NCBI RefSeq assembly: GCF_000223395.1
Contig: NC_015931.1
Coordinates: 1,800,001-1,832,000, forward strand
Reading direction: 5' to 3'
DNA length: 32,000 nt
Origin: Pyrolobus fumarii 1A
Lineage (GTDB): Archaea > Thermoproteota > Thermoprotei_A > Sulfolobales > Pyrodictiaceae
Shown here: positions 1 through 7,286 of the stretch, piece after piece
Layout: the number at the start of each line of letters is the position of its first letter
How positions within the stretch are numbered: position 1 is the first letter of the stretch
Made by a program: the position numbers and the translations under genes
Notes under the pieces: generated by a model
What the model was told of the DNA's origin: nothing
Seen by the model: only the letters and a program-made list of their open reading frames with translations
Database searches by the model: none

Positions 1-1352
1 AGGCTAAGACGCTTAGTGAAATTCTCGCGAAACACGTGGATAAGCGTCTTGGTGGCTTACCGTGGATAAAGGAGGTAATCTCTCTCACGTTGAGAGCACT
101 CTCTGACACCAAGACGAGGAGCGGCGGCACAGAGTACAAGTATAACCTCTTTGCGACGAACTTCACCAATGAGCTTCTCCGCGAGATACGCGATACTATG
201 AGGTTGCCGAGAGAAGCTGTTGACAGGCTAAGGCAGGAGCTTACAAGGGACTCCACGTTCAACCAGGCTTTGCAACAACTCTTCTCGACACTAGCTAGGA
301 GCCCAGAGCCAGCGTTAGCCGCGTTGAGATACATCTCGATGCTCGAGGACATAGGGATATACTCGACGTCAACAGTGCCTCTTGAGGAGCTATTGATGCC
401 TGGCGTTGTGACCGTGGTCAATCTGGCTGGGTTACCGCTTCCCGTCCAAGACCATATAGCCTCGAGCATTATGCGGCGTGTCTTTGAAGCTCGTATGAGG
501 GCTGTTAGGGGTCTCCCAGGTGAACAGTATCGCTACCCCGTGCTTATCATAGTTGAGGAGGCGCACAGGTTCATACCTTCGCAGGGTAATACGCGTACTC
601 TCCCCGTCGCGGTGATGATAGCCAGTGAGGGTAGGAAGTTCGGCGCGTTCATGGCTGTGATAACACAGAGGCCGAGTAGAATAGACCCAGATGTGCTCAG
701 CCAGGCTCAGAGCCAGATCATTCTGCGCATAGTGAATCCGCGAGATCAGCAGGCTGTGAGGGATGCTAGCGAACAGCTTAGCCAGGAGCTCTTCGAGAAT
801 CTTCCGGGGCTTAACCCTGGTGAGGCTATCATCGTCGGGCCGGTTGCGCCGATCTCGATGATGGTGAGGGTGAGGGAGAGGGTTCTCGACTACGCAGGCA
901 CCGACATTAGCCTTGTTGAGGCCTGGGGCAGAAGCGTGTCAGAGGCTAGCGTCATCCGTAGGATTGAGGAGCGTCTAGCCGAGAAGCTGAGCGACCTAAT
1001 GGGGTATCCCGTGGAGCCAGACAGAGTTCTGGATGCGCTTTCGGGTCTTCTAGGGGTCGATATACCACGTAACGTCTACATGCGCGGTTTGAAACTAGTA
1101 GCGAGCAGCAGGGTACGCGTGTACAGGTTTGATCCTCGCGACGTGAAGGTATACGGGCAGGCCGCAGGATTTGATGTTGAGGTTGGGCTTGGGGGCGGTG
1201 TTAGAAAGTGCGATTGTGGCGCTGACAGCACTGAGAGGGAGGACGCTATATGCCCCCATATGGTTGCTGTTGTGGTGCAAGCGATAGTGGATGGCATGGT
1301 GGTTAGTGTTGTGCCGAGCGCCGGAGACACGAGCATCATTGATGAGCTCTGA
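1..1352 (+). CDS. HerA/DUF87-like P-loop ATPase, C-terminal part (5' end outside window), with a C-terminal SWIM-type zinc finger
   Basis: The frame is open from nt 3 (AKTLSEILAKH) into the listed ORF, and no Walker A is visible, so the gene starts upstream. Walker B-like YPVLIIVEEAHRFIP, then GRKFGAFMAVITQRPSRIDPDVLSQAQSQIILRI and GEAIIVGP, are typical of HerA/DUF87 (COG0433) ATPases. The C-terminus has KCDCGADSTEREDAICPH, which fits the CxCxnCxH SWIM signature. Confidence 0.7.
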   Translation, partial: AKTLSEILAKHVDKRLGGLPWIKEVISLTLRALSDTKTRSGGTEYKYNLFATNFTNELLREIRDTMRLPREAVDRLRQELTRDSTFNQALQQLFSTLARSPEPALAALRYISMLEDIGIYSTSTVPLEELLMPGVVTVVNLAGLPLPVQDHIASSIMRRVFEARMRAVRGLPGEQYRYPVLIIVEEAHRFIPSQGNTRTLPVAVMIASEGRKFGAFMAVITQRPSRIDPDVLSQAQSQIILRIVNPRDQQAVRDASEQLSQELFENLPGLNPGEAIIVGPVAPISMMVRVRERVLDYAGTDISLVEAWGRSVSEASVIRRIEERLAEKLSDLMGYPVEPDRVLDALSGLLGVDIPRNVYMRGLKLVASSRVRVYRFDPRDVKVYGQAAGFDVEVGLGGGVRKCDCGADSTEREDAICPHMVAVVVQAIVDGMVVSVVPSAGDTSIIDEL

Positions 1353-2160
1353 CTCAGACCGGGAGCTGCTTGAGTATGTCGAGGAGTTGACCAGCCTAAG
1401 TTCCAACTGTCTAAGCGACGATGATGTGGATAAACTCATCGAGTGTAGCTTGAGCGGGGAGGGTGTTGTAGAGGTAAAGGTTGATGGTTTACACGTAATC
1501 ATGCCTTGCAGTGATACTCCCGAGGCTTGGGCTAATCTATTGCATGTTTATTGTCTTCGTGACTATCTACGTGTAGACGGGTTTGAGCCTCGTCCCGGCT
1601 GGGTTGTAGTTGATGCTGGTGCGTATCTTGGCTTCTATACCCTCTTTGCGGCTAAACGTGTGGGCAGCAACGGGTTGGTTATTGCTATTGAGCCTTTGCA
1701 GCGCAACCGCGTCTTCATAGAGGAGAATGTGGTGCTCAACGGGTTTATGGATAGGGTGCGTATAGACCCGCGTGCTTTGTGGTCTAGTACAGAGCGGCGG
1801 GTATTAGCCGTCTCGTGTTATCCGGCCACTAGTAGCTTCTATCGCGAGTATGTCGAGCGGCATGGTGACGTGTGTAGCGAGAAGAGGGTCTCCACAGTTA
1901 CTTTGCCCGAGCTTCTACGAGAGCATGGACTGTCACGCGTTGATCTACTCAAGGTTGACGTTGAGGGTGCTGAGGCGGACATCCTGGCTGTGAGAGGGTG
2001 GGAGGATGTCGTTCAACGGCTTGTTATCGAGGTTCATCCCTGGGTGGTTAATGTGGACGCGGTGGCTAACCTGTTGGAATCAAGAGGGTTTAGCGTTAGG
2101 GTCGTGGATATTGGCTCGCCAAGCCAGGTTATGTTGTTCGCATGGAGGAGGCATACGTAA
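1342..2160 (+). CDS. FkbM-family SAM-dependent methyltransferase
   Basis: VVVDAGAYLGFYTLFAA (SAM-binding motif I), VIAIEPLQRNRVFIEENVVLNG and VDLLKVDVEGAEADIL are the hallmark FkbM blocks. The ATG at 1342 overlaps the upstream stop (1350-1352) by 11 nt. The 1291 start in the ORF track would add 17 unlikely residues. Confidence 0.8.
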   Translation: MSSDSDRELLEYVEELTSLSSNCLSDDDVDKLIECSLSGEGVVEVKVDGLHVIMPCSDTPEAWANLLHVYCLRDYLRVDGFEPRPGWVVVDAGAYLGFYTLFAAKRVGSNGLVIAIEPLQRNRVFIEENVVLNGFMDRVRIDPRALWSSTERRVLAVSCYPATSSFYREYVERHGDVCSEKRVSTVTLPELLREHGLSRVDLLKVDVEGAEADILAVRGWEDVVQRLVIEVHPWVVNVDAVANLLESRGFSVRVVDIGSPSQVMLFAWRRHT

Positions 2161-2272
2161 GGAGGCCTCATAGAGGGCTAGACGCGGCTTATTAGTCCTC
2201 CTGGCACCCCTGGCAATGCTCTGGACGCGTTGCTGAGTTGATATTCCCCGGTTTGTACGGTGCCTGGGACGC

Positions 2273-2333
2273 GGGGCTGTGAAGAGTCACGGTTGGCTGA
2301 TGTGTGAGGATAACGCCCCGTAGTCTGAGCCCC
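2273..2333 (+). ncRNA. Candidate C/D box sRNA (2'-O-methylation guide)
   Basis: 5' stem GGGGC (2273-2277) pairs with 3' stem GCCCC (2329-2333). C box GUGAAGA (2279-2285), D' CUGA (2297-2300), C' UGAGGA (2305-2310), D CUGA (2325-2328). Guides are 11 and 14 nt. The D guide is complementary over 10 nt to the conserved archaeal 16S motif CTACGGGGCG (recalled from memory). A TATA-like GATATT sits about 30 nt upstream. Confidence 0.5.
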
Positions 2334-2663
2334 CTATAGGCCGATGTAGATGCGACCCGGCCTCAAGACACGTAGAAGTACACGTCGTGTAGCTGGTTTG
2401 GGGATTTCCTTGCTACATATCTTCGTTGCTGGTAGCCCGCTTGTCTCTAACACCAGGCAATCGCCCACTATTGTGTAGTCAAGGTGTAGGCCTCTCTTCT
2501 TACCCAGCTCTGCTAGCATTTCGAGACCCTCTACTATGGGTATGTCGAGGTGCGTACGCGTAGCGTGCATACATCCCTTAGGGTGCAGCTCCGCTTGTAC
2601 ACGTCTACAGCCTATACCCTCGATACACACATCAACTTCTATTCTCTTTTTGCACACTAGCAT
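2334..2663 (-). CDS. Hypothetical small Cys-containing protein, last gene of the Brix-Pcc1 operon
   Basis: ATG-initiated 109-aa ORF that overlaps the Pcc1 stop by 32 nt. Codon usage looks coding. I recognise no family. Confidence 0.5.
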   Translation of the reverse strand: MLVCKKRIEVDVCIEGIGCRRVQAELHPKGCMHATRTHLDIPIVEGLEMLAELGKKRGLHLDYTIVGDCLVLETSGLPATKICSKEIPKPATRRVLLRVLRPGRIYIGL

Positions 2664-2907
2664 CCACCTCTCGCAACGTGTCCCACAGCGTCGCCAGGAG
2701 CGTTAAACTAGCATTAAGCAAGGCACGTGCAGAGGAATAATCTCTCGCATCCACATCGATTATTATCCTCGTTTCCCTCTTCTCAACACGCATTTCGCCA
2801 CGGGTTGGGTCCGGCGGATTACTAGCCTCGACAAGGAGCGCCTCATAGAGGGCTTTTGTCTTCGTCTCGTCGCACACCTCTACTTCAATCCTTGCCCGTG
2901 GCCGCAT
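2632..2907 (-). CDS. pcc1: KEOPS complex subunit Pcc1-like
   Basis: About 90 aa. RIEVEVCDETKTKALYEALLVE...RIIIDVDARDYSSARALLNASLTLL matches the Pcc1/CTAG pattern, and its position directly after the Brix gene is the conserved archaeal arrangement. ATG at 2907, with an alternative GTG at 2922. Confidence 0.65.
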   Translation of the reverse strand: MRPRARIEVEVCDETKTKALYEALLVEASNPPDPTRGEMRVEKRETRIIIDVDARDYSSARALLNASLTLLATLWDTLREVDASVQKENRS

Positions 2908-3526
2908 AGCGCAACACCTCACGTTTCTCTAGATAGACGTGTACCTTTGCCTCTGCGTCTGTAACAGCCGATATTCTTAGTGTTGGGCCACAGACTCTGC
3001 GTGTATGGGGGCAGAGGAAGGTTAACTCGACGATACCACCCTTCTCCTCCATCAAGCCTATCACGTCGTACTTCTCCCACTCGTCTTCACCATGAAGTAC
3101 AAGTTTACCTAGAAACGATTTCAGCACCACGTCTACTACTCGAGCAGCTTCTTCGCTGTTAACTCTACGCGCATCTATCCCGAGTTTCTTAACGCCGAAT
3201 ATCCTCTGTGCACCGGGAGTCTCACGTCGCAGACGTACACCACGAAGCGATATCGTTGCCATGAGTTGTAGGCCTTCCTCGGGTAGCGCGCCTGGCTTAT
3301 ACACTCGTATAACTCCAGGGTTACCCTTCTTCACACCGATTATCACTACTCGCTCGGCTCCATAGTTGTAAGCCTCATAGTAGAGGTCTTGGAGCGTTGC
3401 CTTGCCACGGTTTATCTTGACAGCCTCTGGTAATACCGAGGCTAGGTCTTTAGCAAAGCTTCGTACTCTCTGTGTGGGTCTATGCGAGGTAGTAACTATT
3501 ATCCTCGCTCTGCCCGCAGCGCTCAT
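2885..3526 (-). CDS. Brix-domain (Imp4/Rpf-like) ribosome biogenesis protein
   Basis: The N-terminus RIIVTTSHRPTQRVRSFAKDLASVLPEAVKINRGKATLQDL is the typical archaeal Brix signature. The size (213 aa) is compatible. Confidence 0.7.
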   Translation of the reverse strand: MSAAGRARIIVTTSHRPTQRVRSFAKDLASVLPEAVKINRGKATLQDLYYEAYNYGAERVVIIGVKKGNPGVIRVYKPGALPEEGLQLMATISLRGVRLRRETPGAQRIFGVKKLGIDARRVNSEEAARVVDVVLKSFLGKLVLHGEDEWEKYDVIGLMEEKGGIVELTFLCPHTRRVCGPTLRISAVTDAEAKVHVYLEKREVLRYAATGKD

Positions 3527-3619
3527 CTATGCACCCCTCCGGTGCTACCCCTACCGACATCACCCTTAGGCTAAACCCGGATATACCAGGCGGCTATGCC
3601 CTACTATCAGCTGTAGGGG

Positions 3620-4009
3620 GTGTGGCAGAGCGTGTCCGAGACCAGGGTTACCGTTACTAGGATCAGGATGGTTGGTAGGAGGTGGAAGGCCGATTTCCTA
3701 GAGGATCTCATGGAGCTGCTGAAGATAACGTTTGGCGGCGAGACACTGATACGCCTAAACAGCTTCCTGACGCCTCAGCGCCGTTTCCCGATAACCGACT
3801 TCGATGTCTTCAAAGAGGTCGACGATGAAACCATTCGCAAGCTGCGCGACGAGATAGAGAAGCTGCTAGAGGAGCATGGCTACAACCCAAGGAGGCTGCT
3901 AGCGATAAAGAAGGTTGAAACTACAATCACAGCCAGAGAGTCTGCCATTGAGAGCAGGCGCGAGGATGTAGGCACTGCCGAGGAGAGAGCCGAGGCTGAA
4001 ACCACCTAA
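3620..4009 (+). CDS. Hypothetical protein
   Basis: The only long ORF here, with coding-like codon usage and an acidic/helical C-terminus. The start is uncertain (GTG 3620, GTG 3632 after GGGGGTG, or ATG 3668). Its TAA overlaps the moaC TAG on the other strand (CTAA at 4006-4009). Confidence 0.45.
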   Translation: MWQSVSETRVTVTRIRMVGRRWKADFLEDLMELLKITFGGETLIRLNSFLTPQRRFPITDFDVFKEVDDETIRKLRDEIEKLLEEHGYNPRRLLAIKKVETTITARESAIESRREDVGTAEERAEAETT

Positions 4010-4458
4010 GCTTCTCCACCCTTCTTTTTAGACACAACGCGTATGTACTCGATACGCGTGTAGGGATACTGGCCTTCCTCGTCCTTCTCTAGCTTCTTCG
4101 TCATATCCCATACTGTGAGCAGAGCTATGGATACCGCTGTAAGCGCCTCCATCTCGACACCAGTCTTCGCAGATGTAACTACCTTTGCCCTGCACACCAC
4201 CCTATCCTCCCCACTAACCTCACATTTGACATCAACATGCGTCAACGGCAACGGATGGCACAATGGTATGAGGTCCCACGTCTTCTTAGCAGCTAGAATA
4301 CCGGCTATCGCAGCAGTTGTGAGCACATCACCCTTCTCTATACGCCCCTCTCGTATAGCCCGTATCGTCTCGGGACGCAGACGTATCGCACCCTCTGCTA
4401 TAGCTTCGCGGTATACGACCGGCTTGTGCGTCACATCAACCATGTGGACCTTGCTCAC
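4006..4458 (-). CDS. moaC: Cyclic pyranopterin monophosphate synthase MoaC
   Basis: [14 protein letters not shown]..., [36 protein letters not shown] and [20 protein letters not shown] are canonical MoaC blocks. Confidence 0.9.
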   Translation of the reverse strand: MSKVHMVDVTHKPVVYREAIAEGAIRLRPETIRAIREGRIEKGDVLTTAAIAGILAAKKTWDLIPLCHPLPLTHVDVKCEVSGEDRVVCRAKVVTSAKTGVEMEALTAVSIALLTVWDMTKKLEKDEEGQYPYTRIEYIRVVSKKKGGEA

Positions 4459-4717
4459 GTTCCCCCAGCCTCTCGAAAATCTCAGCTAGAAGCCTAGTCA
4501 AAGGGTTATCCCGATTCAACGTGATGATGCGCGCACGCCCATATCGCTTCTCAACTATAACACCATGCTTTTTTAGAACCTCCAGGTGCCTATTGACAAG
4601 CCGGTAGTGCATACCCGTTTCGCGCACAAGCCTCGTTATGTTGACCTCCCCGTGGTTGAGGAGCACGCGGAGTATGCGTATCCTACCAGGGCTGCCCAGT
4701 ATCTCCTCGAGGCTCAA
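4436..4717 (-). CDS. ArsR-family winged-helix transcriptional regulator
   Basis: [53 protein letters not shown] has the HTH plus wing pattern. The TTG start overlaps the orc1/cdc6 TGA (TTGA). Confidence 0.65.
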   Translation of the reverse strand: MSLEEILGSPGRIRILRVLLNHGEVNITRLVRETGMHYRLVNRHLEVLKKHGVIVEKRYGRARIITLNRDNPLTRLLAEIFERLGEREQGPHG

Positions 4718-5970
4718 GGCACATCGCCCGCCTTAAACTTACGAATAGCATCTATCACGGTCTTCTCGAGGATATCCAGAGGCGCTGCACTCAACCCTAT
4801 GAGCGTCGTACGGCCCCTCACGCCCTTACCCGATGGCTTAGCATCAATAACGCCCTTCAGCTTCAGGTCACGAATGTACTCATAGACTTGCGTGTGGCCA
4901 CGGGGCTTCTCACCAAATTCCTCACAAACCGCGCGGTACTCCTGCTCTACCTCTCCCATTTTCGCATACGGCTCTGTCTCCTTGCTCCTCAACACTCTTA
5001 TTATCGCGAGGAGGAGTAGCAGCTGGTGCAGAGTTAAGCTACCCTCGAGGATTATGTCCTGAATCCTAACTGCATGTGGGTTGACTAGTGCGTGCGCTTT
5101 CCTCACATGCTCGATAGTTATTCTATCCGAGCCTTCGTTATCCGCGTATTCGCCTGCAAGCGTCAATATCTGGAGTGCTTGCCTTGCGTTACCCTCGCCA
5201 TGCCCATCGATACCAGTCAGCTCTGCTATATAGCGTATCACCTCGTCACCAACTGTTCCCGGGTAGAAGGATAGCTCTGCACGATATTGTAGAATGTCAT
5301 AGAGCTGGGCAACCGTGTAGGGTTGGAATGTCACAACGTTCTTGAGCAGATAGTTGACAGTGGCGGGATTCAACATGTTGAGGTGTTTTAGATCCCTCAT
5401 TATGAAGATGTAGTGCATTCTCCTCTTGAACATTGGGTACTCGTCATACACCCTCACGAGGAAGTATACTGCGTCGTTCCCGCTAGTCTCTATAAAATAG
5501 TCGAACTCGTCAAGGATAATTATAGCATGCTCGTCCCTCTCTTCTAGCTTCTCGAGAACCCTCTCAAACACTTCACGCGCAGAGTAGCCTCGAGTCGGCA
5601 TAGGTATCTCTAGCTGCGACGCGATGCTCGTGACGACCGAGTATAGAGTTCGAACAGCATGACAGTTGATGTACACCATGCGTAGGGTGAGACCCCTCTT
5701 CCTCGCTATCTCGGCAAAATCCATTGTGAATCTTCTAGCACTAGCTGTCTTGCCGACACCGATCGGCCCGACTATGAGAGCACGATGAGATGTGCTACCG
5801 GGGTCAGTGATTATACCCCTGAAATACATTGCAAGCTGTTTCAGCTGCTGTTCACGGTGTGGGAGCTTCTCGGGCACATAGTCTGGGTCGAGCTTCTCTC
5901 TACTTTTGAACACACTTGGCTTCTCGAGCACAGATTCTATAATGTCTCGTGTAGTGCCTCCCTCCGGCAT
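4714..5970 (-). CDS. cdc6: Orc1/Cdc6 replication initiator
   Basis: PEKLPHREQQLKQLAMYF, Walker A GPIGVGKTASARRF, Walker B IIILDEFDYF, and a C-terminal winged helix (YEYIRDLKLKGVIDAKPSGKGVRGRTTLI). Confidence 0.9.
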   Translation of the reverse strand: MPEGGTTRDIIESVLEKPSVFKSREKLDPDYVPEKLPHREQQLKQLAMYFRGIITDPGSTSHRALIVGPIGVGKTASARRFTMDFAEIARKRGLTLRMVYINCHAVRTLYSVVTSIASQLEIPMPTRGYSAREVFERVLEKLEERDEHAIIILDEFDYFIETSGNDAVYFLVRVYDEYPMFKRRMHYIFIMRDLKHLNMLNPATVNYLLKNVVTFQPYTVAQLYDILQYRAELSFYPGTVGDEVIRYIAELTGIDGHGEGNARQALQILTLAGEYADNEGSDRITIEHVRKAHALVNPHAVRIQDIILEGSLTLHQLLLLLAIIRVLRSKETEPYAKMGEVEQEYRAVCEEFGEKPRGHTQVYEYIRDLKLKGVIDAKPSGKGVRGRTTLIGLSAAPLDILEKTVIDAIRKFKAGDVP

Positions 5971-6041
5971 ACTTCCGGTCTACCCCTGTACCCAGGTTCA
6001 CTCCGCGAGCGACAGTATCCCTAGATGTGATTTCCCGTATG

Positions 6042-6686
6042 CTAACCGTAATTAGCTACACAACGCTCGGTAGTACCTCTCTTCCACCACTCTTCTACGC
6101 GGTCACAGCGCCAAGGTATGATGCTAAGACCGCAACCTTCACCAGGTACACACTCTAGCTTCACAACATGCTGAGCACCCCGTCTCGATACTCTGAACCC
6201 ACGAGCAGAGAGCCACTCAACAATCACTTTCTCTAGTTGCGACGATAGACGTGAAGATCCACGCACATCCACCTCAACCCATACAACAGCACCACTCCCC
6301 AGTTTGGCCGAAAGCACCTCCAACCCCTCGACGATACTGCCAGGTTCAGGCTCAACGTGATACTCTACTGGCACCACACGCTGCGCGTAGGCTGGCGGCC
6401 AATGCATAAGCCTCCTCAACAGGATGAATGGATTAACCAAGGAGAAGACTAAGATCACATCTGGGTAGCTTCTAGATCTACGCGACACTAGGCCTGGATC
6501 CAGCTCATAGAGTACATCACCAAGCTCTGTTTCGAGCTTAGTTCCCCGCCCTTTACTCGCCGTTGCTATCAGTACTAGCGGCCTTCCTCCCTCTACCCAT
6601 CTCCACCTGCCCCGTATAGGGGCAACATTCTCGAACGGGACACTCGTCACACCTCGGGCGCCCCGGCCTACAATACCGCCTACCAA
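6042..6686 (-). CDS. THUMP-domain protein (COG1818-like)
   Basis: LVLIATASKGRGTKLETELGDVLYEL, RVVPVEYHV, WVEVDVRGSS and HVVKLECVPGEGCGLSII resemble small archaeal THUMP proteins. The start is uncertain: ATG 6686 or GTG 6650, and both overlap nth by about 100-134 nt. Confidence 0.5.
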   Translation of the reverse strand: MVGGIVGRGARGVTSVPFENVAPIRGRWRWVEGGRPLVLIATASKGRGTKLETELGDVLYELDPGLVSRRSRSYPDVILVFSLVNPFILLRRLMHWPPAYAQRVVPVEYHVEPEPGSIVEGLEVLSAKLGSGAVVWVEVDVRGSSRLSSQLEKVIVEWLSARGFRVSRRGAQHVVKLECVPGEGCGLSIIPWRCDRVEEWWKRGTTERCVANYG

Positions 6687-7278
6687 GCTCTATAAGCAGC
6701 ATGTGCATCTCACGCCTGACTTCTGGCGGGAAGAAGATCTCTCCCCATTTCCTCTTTTCCTCGTAGCCGCCTCTGACACCCCACCTCTCCAATATCCTCG
6801 AGATGTGCGTATCCACGGGGAAAACCGGAAAACCACAATAGTTCATGAGCACGACATCAACGGTCTTTGGACCGACGCCGCGCAGACCGAGCAACAGTTT
6901 ACGAGCGTTCTCTATACCCATCTTGCATAGGCTCTTTTCGACCCACGGGTTTTCAACAAAGAACCTAGCAATACCCAGTATGGTCTCAACCCTCCTCCTG
7001 TACATGCCTGCCGGCTTCACCGCCTCCTCTAGACGGTCCCGAGGCGTTCTCAGCACAGCCTCGGGTGTAACCACACCACCAAGAGCCTCAGCAAGTCTTC
7101 GAAATGCTTCGATAGCATTACGGTCGTTTGTATTCTGGCTAAGGACGACACCCACAATCAACGCGAAGAGACTTGCGCCACGCTCCTTGGCGTATAGGGC
7201 TACAAATCTCTCCGGGGAGGGCCTGGGAAGGGAACTACGAAGCTTCTCATATATTACCTGCCAGCTACAGAGGGACAA
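6553..7278 (-). CDS. nth: Endonuclease III (HhH-GPD base-excision glycosylase with 4Fe-4S cluster)
   Basis: LIVGVVLSQNTNDRN, HhH LLGLRGVGPKTVDVVL, the catalytic-region VDTHISRI, and the Fe-S loop CRPGRPRCDECPVRECC. Confidence 0.9.
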   Translation of the reverse strand: MSLCSWQVIYEKLRSSLPRPSPERFVALYAKERGASLFALIVGVVLSQNTNDRNAIEAFRRLAEALGGVVTPEAVLRTPRDRLEEAVKPAGMYRRRVETILGIARFFVENPWVEKSLCKMGIENARKLLLGLRGVGPKTVDVVLMNYCGFPVFPVDTHISRILERWGVRGGYEEKRKWGEIFFPPEVRREMHMLLIELGRRYCRPGRPRCDECPVRECCPYTGQVEMGRGRKAASTDSNGE

Positions 7279-7286
7279 TCAGCCAT

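Noticed and set aside
5971-6041. A possible replication origin upstream of orc1/cdc6.
   Set aside because: The spacer is only 71 bp, is not AT-rich, and has no repeated ORB or mini-ORB-like element. GGAAAC-containing sites elsewhere (13780, 15334, 20590) are isolated and mostly inside coding sequence.
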